64,000 nucleotides of DNA. Source: Acutalibacteraceae bacterium (GTDB lineage Bacteria > Bacillota > Clostridia > Oscillospirales > Acutalibacteraceae). The stretch spans positions 111,399 to 175,398 of the forward strand of contig JAZTZM010000040.1 in assembly GCA_045637465.1 (NCBI GenBank). Reading direction: 5' to 3'. Shown piece by piece: positions 1 through 8,429 of this stretch (positions within the stretch are counted from its first letter, which is position 1; the number at the start of each line of letters is the position of its first letter). The position numbers were made by a program, and so were the translations under genes. The notes under the pieces are model-generated. The model made no database searches. It was not told where the DNA came from and saw only the letters and a list, made by a program, of their open reading frames with translations.

Positions 1-1
1 G

Positions 2-196
2 GATGCTTCTGCCTGCCTTTATCCCGAATATACGTGGTTTATAAAGGATGCAATTCACGTCGGCTGCAGCCACGGAAGCGAATTCGCACGTTTTGCAATT
101 ATGCTTGCCACAAGCAAGACTCAGCCTACAGTTTATGATAACGAGTTATACCCCAGATTTTTGGAAGTTGATGAGAGTCAGAATTTCATCAGATAA
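2..196 (+). CDS. 3' end of a CDS entering from the left edge (64 codons, ...TQPTVYDNELYPRFLEVDESQNFIR*); function not recognisable
   Basis: Frame 2 is open from the window edge to TAA at 194-196 with protein-like composition. It is followed by a hairpin and T-tract, and is convergent with the nuclease gene at 460-2463. Confidence 0.45.
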   Translation, partial: DASACLYPEYTWFIKDAIHVGCSHGSEFARFAIMLATSKTQPTVYDNELYPRFLEVDESQNFIR

Positions 197-222
197 AAAC
201 AGGACGACAGTGCAAAAAATAT

Positions 223-270
223 CCCCGAAATCCTTGGAATATCAAGGGCTTCGGGGTTTGTTGTTGTTAT
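223..270 (+). terminator. Rho-independent terminator candidate
   Basis: CCCCGAAATCCTTG gaatat CAAGGGCTTCGGGG hairpin (2 mismatches) followed by TTTGTTGTTGTT. Confidence 0.5.
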
Positions 271-459
271 TCCTACTCGTTGCAGGGGCTTGTGTCCTAA
301 ACAATTTTGTTTAGAAGATATTGTACCTGCTGTTCTGATTATTTTGCTTGCCCATATTATCACAGCTGTACGATAAATGCGTATCAAAATCCTATCAGTG
401 GTGATAAAGTGACGAAGGCGCACAAGGTACTCTTTCTTGTGGTTATTACCAAGTTTTGC

Positions 460-2463
460 TTAATGACATTTTTCTTTAAGGAATGCCAGGATTTTAGCCA
501 TATCATTGAGAGAACCTGTTGCATAATAAAAATCTTTTTCTTTTACTACGCAACCGATAATCGGTGAAGAAAGAAAACTCAGAGCAGTTTCAATTTCTTT
601 TATGCTAGGTACAGATAAAAGAGTGGGATTGCTACGTAACGACATATACAAATCTCGGACCGAAAGTTGACCTTTGGTTATAGGATCTTCGCATTCATCA
701 ATAAGACACTGCATTATTCCAATTAATAAAGCTCCACTTTTCTCTGTTTTATTAATATCAGCATCTAAAACGGATAAATCCACTTTTCCGGATTGTTCAA
801 ACACCTTGTGATATGTTGTGATTTTTTGGGGTGTCTTTTGATGAATGTTCAAAAATGCTTCAAGTGAGTCTACATCAAAAAGGGCAACATGATGTTCGGT
901 AGCTCTCTTTATTAATCGTTCATTAAAATCTCTGCCAACAACTGCGATATAGTTGGAACCGTGTTTTTTCTGATGTTCCTTTAAAGTATCAAAATCAACA
1001 AGTCCATCGGTAACTACGCTTGAAGAGGTTGCTTTAGCATCAACAGTAACTACAAAAGAACCTACGGGAGAGCCTGTTGTCTTTAACAACACATCTGTTT
1101 TTCCTGCACCGCCAAGCCATTCAGCATCAAATCCTATCAAGGCAAAGAAATCTCGTACAACTTTTTCGAATTTATCAGGATTATAAGAATCCTTTGAAGC
1201 CATTCTGAGTTCCGCCACGATATCAACATTATCTGCAACGGTAGTTCCATTGATTAAAGTTTCAAGTTTTTCAATACCAAAAGCGTTTCCGTATCGCTCT
1301 AAAAACAACTTGCCTCTATTAGTTAATGTGAATTTTTCTGCTGAAAGATTCATCACCAGTTTTGCTTGTTTTAAAATTGCAATACGGTTATTGATTTCAG
1401 ATACATTTTCTTTATCGAATCCATAGGAAACTTTGGCAAGTGTTGCAAGTTCTTTAGTTGAAAGGTTGCTATCTTTCAACTCTAAAAGGATTTCAAAGAA
1501 AAACAAATACCTTAATTGGAACAACGGTAGCAAAGATAAAGTATCTTTATTCTCCATCCAAGAATATCCCAAATCAGTTACAGCGTAAGACGTATTTGTT
1601 TTCCGTTCAATAAGTCCCATTGCAGAAATGGTATTTAAAGCACTTCGTGCTGAAGAATCTTTGATGTTGTATTTTTTTAAGGCAAATTTATTGATTGATT
1701 CAATTTCATTGTCATCGTTTATTTGAGTTAAAAATTCAAATAATGCCTTTTCAAATTCGTTTATTTTTCCTGGGAAGTATCCAAAGCCCGATTTCCTTAC
1801 AGAATTTTTGTTTTCTTGAAAATATGTAACAAACTGATCATCGAGAATCAGCTTATCTTCGGACAAAGTATCATCTTTACCGTGTGTTATACTTTCCGGC
1901 ATAATAGGATTTACTGTTTTCAAGAAATCTTTTCCCTTATCGGTAATGCTGTAAAGTAATGAAAATTCCTGAAACTCAATCAAGCCGAATTGTCTTAGCC
2001 ATACTAAACGATTATTAATAGTCGTGGTTATTTTCCACGCCATATCGTATTCATTAACAGCAATGTTAAACAGTTCTCGTGATGTTTTTGGGGAATCAAG
2101 ATAAAAAAGGATTTCTGCAAAAAATTTAACGTTTGCACAAAAATAAGCAGCAAGATATAAATTGTCCTCAGAGTCAAGCCATAGCTTTGCTGCTTTGGTT
2201 AATACCCACTTACCGTTACTTGCTCTTTCAACAAAGCTCATTGCACTCAATTGATGTACACACAAATGATTCAAGGTACTCTTGCTATTACTTTCCTCTA
2301 ATTGTGGCACTTGATCTAAAGGATCGTTGTTTTGAACGGCAAGCAATAACTCTTTAAGATTAGATACTATAACATTCTTTCCACCGGGGATGCTCGGTGT
2401 GGAGTGTACTTTGTGACTCCAGTCTTTAGTTTTCGGATATTCGGAAACAGGTACAGTATACAT
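460..2463 (-). CDS. FokI-like (PD-(D/E)XK) nuclease with four N-terminal winged-helix-like modules and a C-terminal extension of about 120 aa; candidate type IIS-like restriction/defence endonuclease
   Basis: 667-aa ORF. Residues about 430-540 (DFFALIGFDAEWLGGAGKTDVLLKTTGSPVGSFVVTVDAKATS...) align by eye with the FokI cleavage domain (EFFMKVYGYRGKHLGGSRKPDGAIYTVGSPIDYGVIVDTKAYS...), giving D457/D475/K477 as the D...D-x-K triad. Repeated ...LTKAAKLWL / ITDKGKDFL / VTDLGYSWM / LTNRGKLFL modules occur upstream. The gene and its flanks are visibly AT-rich compared with the rest of the window. Confidence 0.65.
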   Translation of the reverse strand: MYTVPVSEYPKTKDWSHKVHSTPSIPGGKNVIVSNLKELLLAVQNNDPLDQVPQLEESNSKSTLNHLCVHQLSAMSFVERASNGKWVLTKAAKLWLDSEDNLYLAAYFCANVKFFAEILFYLDSPKTSRELFNIAVNEYDMAWKITTTINNRLVWLRQFGLIEFQEFSLLYSITDKGKDFLKTVNPIMPESITHGKDDTLSEDKLILDDQFVTYFQENKNSVRKSGFGYFPGKINEFEKALFEFLTQINDDNEIESINKFALKKYNIKDSSARSALNTISAMGLIERKTNTSYAVTDLGYSWMENKDTLSLLPLFQLRYLFFFEILLELKDSNLSTKELATLAKVSYGFDKENVSEINNRIAILKQAKLVMNLSAEKFTLTNRGKLFLERYGNAFGIEKLETLINGTTVADNVDIVAELRMASKDSYNPDKFEKVVRDFFALIGFDAEWLGGAGKTDVLLKTTGSPVGSFVVTVDAKATSSSVVTDGLVDFDTLKEHQKKHGSNYIAVVGRDFNERLIKRATEHHVALFDVDSLEAFLNIHQKTPQKITTYHKVFEQSGKVDLSVLDADINKTEKSGALLIGIMQCLIDECEDPITKGQLSVRDLYMSLRSNPTLLSVPSIKEIETALSFLSSPIIGCVVKEKDFYYATGSLNDMAKILAFLKEKCH

Positions 2464-2713
2464 TTTATATCTCCCTTATAGCGTTGATATTATCTCAATT
2501 AACTATGATCTTGTTATAAAATTATTATAACACAGATATTTCCACTAATCAACAGGCTTATTAAGGTTATATCAAGATCAGATTATTAAAGTTTTATGTT
2601 TAGAAAAAGAACTGCTTTTGACCACTTGATACTGTACTTTCAGTGTCACCGACACTTTAAAAAAATAAAGCACCCTTACTGTCGTTTCCGTAATTCTGTA
2701 TATTTCATTTTTG

Positions 2714-2742
2714 TTGACAGCGAAAAGCTAAGGCTGTATAAT
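2714..2742 (+). promoter_or_regulatory. Sigma-A type promoter for the ABC exporter operon
   Basis: TTGACA (2714-2719), 17-nt spacer, TATAAT (2737-2742), about 35 nt upstream of the 2776 start. Confidence 0.6.
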
Positions 2743-2775
2743 TCTTCTATATAAAAATAATTTCGGAGATCAGGA

Positions 2776-4491
2776 ATGAAACGAATTTTATCTTATCTCA
2801 GGCCTTTTCGCTTGCGTATGCTCGTCGGCTTTTTAATCAAGGTCACGGGCACTATGGCGGAGCTTGTTTTACCGTACATTTTAACATATATACTCGAGGA
2901 TGTAATCACCGAACTCAACGTCGGCAAGGTTGTCGGCTACGGCGGAGCTATGGTGATTTTTGCTATTGTCGCGTGTCTTGGAAATATCATCGCAAACCGT
3001 ATGGCAGCGAGGGTTACGACAAACTTCTCAAAGGCGATGCGAAAGGAGCTTTTTGAAAAAACGCTCTATCTTTCGTCGGCTGATACCGATGCGTTTACGA
3101 TTCCTTCGCTTGAATCCCGAATCACAACGGATACGTATAACGTTCATAACTTTATCGGTATGATGCAAAGAATGGGTGTCAGAGCACCTATCCTGCTTCT
3201 CGGCGGAATTTCGCTCACGCTTATTATGGACCGCGTGCTGGCTCTTGTTATGATTGCGACTCTGCCGATAATCTTCATAACGGTTTACGGCATTTCCCGA
3301 AAGGGTGTACCGCTTTATACCCGTGTGCAGAAGTCGGTCGACAGTATGGTACGTGTTGCAAGAGAGGATACACAGGGAATCAGAGTTATCAAAGCTCTTT
3401 CAAAGAATGAACACGAAAACCGCAGATATGACAAGGTCAATGCCGAACTTTCCGGGCAGGAAAGACGCGCAGGTACAATTATGGGCATAGTCAACCCATC
3501 AATGACACTTCTTATGAATCTCGGTATTGCCGCCGTTGTTGCGGTTGCGGCACTCAGAGTGGATAAGGGCTTGTCCTCACCTGCAACGGTTATTGCTTTT
3601 ATGCAGTATTTCACCCTTATTTCTATGGCGATGATGTCGCTTTCAAGAATGTTTGTTATGTATACAAAGTGTGCGGCTTCTGCCAACCGCATTGCAGAAG
3701 TGCTCGACACTACCGATAAGTTCGATGTTGTCGAAGATAACGGTGAAGACGACGGTATACATATCGAATTTGACAACGTATCGTTCTCGTATTTAGGCAA
3801 AAAGAACAATATTCAGAATATTTCGCTCTCACTCAAAAAAGGCGAAAGACTCGGCATCATCGGTGCAACGGGCAGCGGTAAATCAACATTTATAAAGCTA
3901 TTGCTGCGTTTTTATGAGCCCGGTTCGGGCGAAATCCGGATAAACGGCAAAAACATTAAGTCCTACAGCCGTGAACAGCTGACATCAATGTTCGGTGTAG
4001 CGTTGCAGAATGATTTCATTTATGCCGACACAATTGAGGAAAACATCCGCTTTGGCAGAGATGTATCAAAGGAAGATATAATCAAAGCGGCAAAGACCGC
4101 ACAGGCACACGATTTTATAACCGCCACGGCGGACGGCTATTCACATATGCTTTCTTCAAAGGGAACAAATCTTTCCGGAGGGCAGAGGCAGAGAGTGCTT
4201 ATCGCACGTGCGATTGCATCCAAACCCGAAATACTTATTCTTGACGATTCATCCTCTGCACTTGACTACAAGACCGATGCAAATCTTCGAAAAGCACTTG
4301 ACGATGATATGTCAGACTCAACGGTTATCACCGTCGCACAGAGAGTAAGCTCGGTCAAAAACTGCGACCATATCATCGTTATTGAAGACGGTCAGGTTAT
4401 CGGTCAGGGCAAGCACGAGCACCTTCTTGAAAACTGTGCCGAATACCGTGAAATCAGCGAATCCCAGATGGGAGGTGCCTTTGTTGAGTAA
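2776..4491 (+). CDS. ABC transporter, fused permease/ATP-binding subunit (exporter type, heterodimer partner 1)
   Basis: Six-TM N-terminal half. Walker A GATGSGKST, signature LSGGQRQR, Walker B ILILDD. Confidence 0.9.
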   Translation: MKRILSYLRPFRLRMLVGFLIKVTGTMAELVLPYILTYILEDVITELNVGKVVGYGGAMVIFAIVACLGNIIANRMAARVTTNFSKAMRKELFEKTLYLSSADTDAFTIPSLESRITTDTYNVHNFIGMMQRMGVRAPILLLGGISLTLIMDRVLALVMIATLPIIFITVYGISRKGVPLYTRVQKSVDSMVRVAREDTQGIRVIKALSKNEHENRRYDKVNAELSGQERRAGTIMGIVNPSMTLLMNLGIAAVVAVAALRVDKGLSSPATVIAFMQYFTLISMAMMSLSRMFVMYTKCAASANRIAEVLDTTDKFDVVEDNGEDDGIHIEFDNVSFSYLGKKNNIQNISLSLKKGERLGIIGATGSGKSTFIKLLLRFYEPGSGEIRINGKNIKSYSREQLTSMFGVALQNDFIYADTIEENIRFGRDVSKEDIIKAAKTAQAHDFITATADGYSHMLSSKGTNLSGGQRQRVLIARAIASKPEILILDDSSSALDYKTDANLRKALDDDMSDSTVITVAQRVSSVKNCDHIIVIEDGQVIGQGKHEHLLENCAEYREISESQMGGAFVE

Positions 4492-6286
4492 ATCTAAAGA
4501 AAACAATACAGTTCACAAAAGAGACAACAAAGGCATTATGATAAGGCTCGGCAGATATGTAATCAGCCAGTGGCATCTGTTTATCCCTGCGGTCATTTTT
4601 ACTTTGCTGTCAAATCAGCTTTCCTTGCTCGGCCCGCGTTATTCGGGTGCGGCTATTGATGCAATCGAATCCGTATCGGGTGTGGATTATCCCGTCGTGT
4701 GGGAAAACGTTATCAAAATGATAATCTGCTACGCGGCATCTGCCGTGCTTTCCTACGTTCTTGCGGTTGTTATGATTCACCTGAGTCAGAAAATTACCTA
4801 TAAAATGAGAAAAGAGCTTTTCGAAAAGCTCAACACTCTGCCCGTAGGATATTTTGACACCCATTCAACGGGCGATATAATCAGCCACCTGTCATACGAT
4901 ATCGACACTATCAACAGCACACTTTCGCACGACCTGGTGCAGGTAATGACGAGCGTTTATACGGTTGTCGGTTCGCTTATATTTATGTGGCAGATTTCAA
5001 AGGTAATGCTGCTGATCTTTGTTTTCACGGTTCCCGTTTCAATTCTATTCACCCGTTACCGTTCAAAAAAGGTCAGACCCCTGTTCCGTGAAAGGTCGAA
5101 GAAATACGGCGAGCTTAACGGCTACGCGGAAGAAATGCTTTCGGGAGCAAGAACAATCGAAGCCTACGGAAGACAGGATGTAATTTCGGCACGCTTTAAT
5201 GACCGCAACGAGGATGCGATGAACGCCTACTACAATGCGGAATATAACGCGGCATTACTGTTCCCGACAATCAATCTTATCAACAATATCTCGATAGCAC
5301 TGGTGGCAATCTTCGGCGGAGTTCTGTATATGTATTCGCAGAGCGGAACGGTTGCTGCAGGTACAATGTTCTTTATCTCACTCGGCGGTGTTGCACAGTT
5401 CGTTCAGTATTCCCGCAAGTTTGCAGGACCCATCAATGAATTTTCAAATATTCTGCACGAATTCCAGTCCGCTTTTTCTGCCGCGGAACGCGTTTTCAGA
5501 ATATTGGACGAAGAGCCTGAGCCTCTCGACTTGCCTGACGCAAAGGACTTGAAGGAAGTAGAAGGCCATGCTGAGCTCGATGATATCACATTCGGTTACA
5601 CTCCCGAAAAAACAATTCTCAAAAATGTTTCGGTCACCGCATCAAAAGGACAGACCGTTGCAATAGTAGGACCCACAGGTGCAGGTAAGACAACGATTAT
5701 CAATCTGCTTATGAGGTTTTATGACCCGCAGTCGGGAGAGATTCGTATCGACTCAAATCCCGCACTTAAAATAATACGCTCGGATTTACGACTTGCGTTT
5801 ACGATGGTTCTGCAGGATACGTGGCTTTTCTACGGCTCGGTTTATGACAACATCGTCTACGGAAAAGAGAACGCAACAATGGAGCAGGTAAAAGCGGCAG
5901 CTAAGGCGGCTAAGATTGATTCTTACATCGAAAGTCTGCCCGACGGCTATAATACCGTACTTTCCGATGACGGTGTAAATATCTCCAAGGGTCAGCGACA
6001 GCTCATTACGATTGCCCGCGCGTTCCTCTCGGATGCCCCTATGCTGATTCTCGACGAAGCGACATCAAATGTCGACTCAAGAACTGAGATTCAGATTCAG
6101 AGTGCGATGAACGACCTTATGGAAGGACGCACCTGCTTTGTTATCGCGCACCGTCTTTCGACCATACAGAATGCCGACACAATTCTTGTTGTCAGGGACG
6201 GTGAAATCACCGAGCAGGGCACTCACGACGAACTGATAAAGCTCGGCGGATTTTACAGTACACTCTACAACTCACAGTTTTCATAA
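4484..6286 (+). CDS. ABC transporter, fused permease/ATP-binding subunit (heterodimer partner 2)
   Basis: Walker A GPTGAGKTT, signature ISKGQRQL, Walker B LILDEATS. The start is placed at TTG 4484 (or 4481) behind GGAGG at 4471-4475 and overlaps the upstream stop. The track start at 4382 lies inside the previous gene. Confidence 0.88.
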   Translation: MSKSKENNTVHKRDNKGIMIRLGRYVISQWHLFIPAVIFTLLSNQLSLLGPRYSGAAIDAIESVSGVDYPVVWENVIKMIICYAASAVLSYVLAVVMIHLSQKITYKMRKELFEKLNTLPVGYFDTHSTGDIISHLSYDIDTINSTLSHDLVQVMTSVYTVVGSLIFMWQISKVMLLIFVFTVPVSILFTRYRSKKVRPLFRERSKKYGELNGYAEEMLSGARTIEAYGRQDVISARFNDRNEDAMNAYYNAEYNAALLFPTINLINNISIALVAIFGGVLYMYSQSGTVAAGTMFFISLGGVAQFVQYSRKFAGPINEFSNILHEFQSAFSAAERVFRILDEEPEPLDLPDAKDLKEVEGHAELDDITFGYTPEKTILKNVSVTASKGQTVAIVGPTGAGKTTIINLLMRFYDPQSGEIRIDSNPALKIIRSDLRLAFTMVLQDTWLFYGSVYDNIVYGKENATMEQVKAAAKAAKIDSYIESLPDGYNTVLSDDGVNISKGQRQLITIARAFLSDAPMLILDEATSNVDSRTEIQIQSAMNDLMEGRTCFVIAHRLSTIQNADTILVVRDGEITEQGTHDELIKLGGFYSTLYNSQFS

Positions 6287-6318
6287 TTTCTCTCGGTTAT
6301 AGTCCTTTTAAAACAAAA

Positions 6319-6347
6319 CCACCCGAAACCTGACGGTTTTCGGGTGG
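6319..6347. terminator. Bidirectional terminator hairpin between convergent ABC and guaA-like genes
   Basis: CCACCCGAAACC tgac GGTTTTCGGGTGG with A/T runs on both sides. Confidence 0.6.
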
Positions 6348-6363
6348 TTGAACTTTTATGATA

Positions 6364-7347
6364 TTATTCCCATTCAATTGTGCCTGTGGGCTTCGGGGTG
6401 AGGTCGTAGAGGACACGGTTGATGCCTTCAACCTCTGTTGTGATTCTTGCTGTGATTGTGTTGAGGACGGAGTAAGGAATCTCCTCGATTGTGGCTGTCA
6501 TAGCGTCTGTTGTGTTGACAGCGCGGATGATTGCGGGCCAACCCTCGTAACGCTTGCCGTCTCTTACGCCAACGCTCTTCATATCGGGCACAGCGATGAA
6601 GTACTGCCATACCTTGTATGCAAGACCTGCGTTGTCAAACTCCTCACGGAGGATTGCGTCTGCCTCACGCAGTGCGTGAAGTCTGTCGCGTGTGATTGCG
6701 CCAAGGCAACGTACACCGAGACCGGGGCCGGGGAAGGGCTGACGGTCAACCATCTCTGCGGGAAGACCAAGCTCTCTGCCGACTACGCGAACTTCGTCTT
6801 TGTAAAGGAGCTTGATGGGCTCAACAAGACCGAAGTGAAGGTCCTCGGGGAGGCCGCCAACGTTGTGGTGAGCCTTAACGCCCTTGCTCTCGATAATGTC
6901 GGGGTAGATTGTGCCCTGTGCAAGGAAATCAACGTCGTCTGCGAGCTTGCGTGCTTCCTCAGCGAAGAGGTAAACAAACTCGTTACCGATAATTTTTCTC
7001 TTTGTTTCGGGGTCTGCAACGTCAACGAGCTTGTCGAGGAAACGGTCTGTTGCGTCGACGTAGATAAGGTTTGCATCAAGTCCGTTCTGGAAAACTTCGA
7101 TTACGTTTTCGCTCTCGCCCTTACGCATAAGGCCGTGGTTAACGTGAACGCAGACGAGCTGCTTGCCGATAGCTTTGATGAGAAGTGCTGCAACAACAGA
7201 GCTGTCAACACCGCCGGAGAGTGCGAGAAGAACTTTTTTGTCGCCAACCTGCTCGCGTACGAGGGCAACCTGCTCATCGATGAAAGCGGCTGCAAGCTCA
7301 GGTGTGGTGATGCGTGCCATTGATTCGGGTCTCTTGTTTGAATCCAT
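6364..7347 (-). CDS. guaA: GMP synthase ATP-pyrophosphatase/dimerisation module only (GuaA C-terminal half; subunit-B-like), no glutamine amidotransferase domain
   Basis: PP-loop LALSGGVDSS, conserved ...GTIYPDIIES...HHNVGGLP... and C-terminal ...KPTGTIEWE. AAGGAGG lies 9 nt upstream of the ATG, and the 327 aa begin exactly at the ATP-PPase domain. Confidence 0.88.
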   Translation of the reverse strand: MDSNKRPESMARITTPELAAAFIDEQVALVREQVGDKKVLLALSGGVDSSVVAALLIKAIGKQLVCVHVNHGLMRKGESENVIEVFQNGLDANLIYVDATDRFLDKLVDVADPETKRKIIGNEFVYLFAEEARKLADDVDFLAQGTIYPDIIESKGVKAHHNVGGLPEDLHFGLVEPIKLLYKDEVRVVGRELGLPAEMVDRQPFPGPGLGVRCLGAITRDRLHALREADAILREEFDNAGLAYKVWQYFIAVPDMKSVGVRDGKRYEGWPAIIRAVNTTDAMTATIEEIPYSVLNTITARITTEVEGINRVLYDLTPKPTGTIEWE

Positions 7348-7399
7348 TATATGTTTCCTCCTTAGAGTAAATTAACATCTTAAAAAAAAATGATGATTT

Positions 7400-7428
7400 A
7401 TTATAAAATATCCTTGCGCAAAAATCAA
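7400..7428 (-). promoter_or_regulatory. Sigma-A type promoter for the guaA-like gene
   Basis: On the minus strand: TTGATT (7428-7423), 17 nt, TATAAT (7405-7400). Confidence 0.6.
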
Positions 7429-7585
7429 CAGTATTTTTACCGCTAATTGACCTGTATATTAAATTTTTTTTGTGCAATTATCATTTTGAGCCTCAGATAT
7501 GCCTGAAAAGCGGTTGGAAACGCATTGTATAACAGCCTTTACTGTGATATACTCGTATTATGAAGCACACGGGAGGAAAGAAGCG

Positions 7586-8380
7586 ATGAAAAAAACCGTA
7601 GTTCTTTTGACGGGTGGCAGCTCCGGTATAGGCAAAGAAACCGCGCTTGCGCTCAGCAGGGCAGGCTGTACCGTTTATGAAGGCAGCCGCAGAGAAAGCA
7701 GTATCGACGGCATAACGCACATCACGCTCGACGTTACGGATGAAGCTTCGGCTCAGGCGGCGGCACGTGCCGTAGCGGAGAAAGAGGGCGCAATCGACAT
7801 ACTTATCAACTGCGCAGGCTCGGGAATTTCGGGCGCTGTTGAGTTCACACAGCTTGAAGATGCCGAGCGGCAGATGGATATAAACTTTTTCGGCACGGTC
7901 AATATGACAAAGGCTGTGCTGCCGTATATGCGCAAGGCAGGCAGCGGCAGAATCGTCAACATCAGCTCCGTTGCCGCAACATTTCCCATACCTTTCCAGA
8001 CCTATTACTCCGCATCAAAGGCGGCGATAAATGCCTATACTCTGGCGCTTGCAAATGAGGTCAGGGCTTTTGGCATTACGGCTGTTGCCGTGCAGCCCGG
8101 AGATATAAAAACTCAGTTCACCGCATCCCGTGCAAAATCTGCCGAGGGTGACAGCGAATACGGCGGCAGAATCAGCCGCAGTGTTGCCAAAATGGAGAAG
8201 GACGAAGAGAACGGAATGAGTGCCGAAAAAGCAGGCGCAATGATTGCAAAGATTGCACTTAAAAAGAAATCAAAGCCGCTTTGCACACTCGGCTTGAGCT
8301 ATAAGCTGCTGTGCTTTGCAGGTAAGGTGCTGCCCGTGTCACTTGCAAATAAAATAATCGGCTCGATGTATGCAGGATAA
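7586..8380 (+). CDS. Short-chain dehydrogenase/reductase (SDR) family oxidoreductase
   Basis: TGGSSGIGKE Rossmann motif, NISS...YxxSK catalytic pattern. ATG at 7586 sits behind GGAGG (7572-7576). The 29-aa N-terminal extension in the track was rejected. Confidence 0.85.
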   Translation: MKKTVVLLTGGSSGIGKETALALSRAGCTVYEGSRRESSIDGITHITLDVTDEASAQAAARAVAEKEGAIDILINCAGSGISGAVEFTQLEDAERQMDINFFGTVNMTKAVLPYMRKAGSGRIVNISSVAATFPIPFQTYYSASKAAINAYTLALANEVRAFGITAVAVQPGDIKTQFTASRAKSAEGDSEYGGRISRSVAKMEKDEENGMSAEKAGAMIAKIALKKKSKPLCTLGLSYKLLCFAGKVLPVSLANKIIGSMYAG

Positions 8381-8390
8381 ATTAAAACAG

Positions 8391-8428
8391 AAGAAGGCTT
8401 ATGAGAATCTGAACTCATAAGCCTTCTT
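8391..8428. terminator. Bidirectional terminator between convergent SDR and GH38 genes
   Basis: AAGAAGGCTTATGAG ... CTCATAAGCCTTCTT perfect 15-bp stem followed by TTTT. Confidence 0.65.
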
Positions 8429-8429
8429 T

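Noticed and set aside
6358-7323. 321-aa ORF on the plus strand covering almost the whole guaA-like gene
   Set aside because: It is antisense to a gene with unmistakable GMP synthase motifs. Its Cys/Val/Asn-rich composition is typical of a shadow frame, and it has no RBS.
7348-7500. Expected purine/guanine riboswitch upstream of the guaA-like gene
   Set aside because: The leader is only about 50 nt after a consensus promoter and shows none of the conserved purine-riboswitch core.
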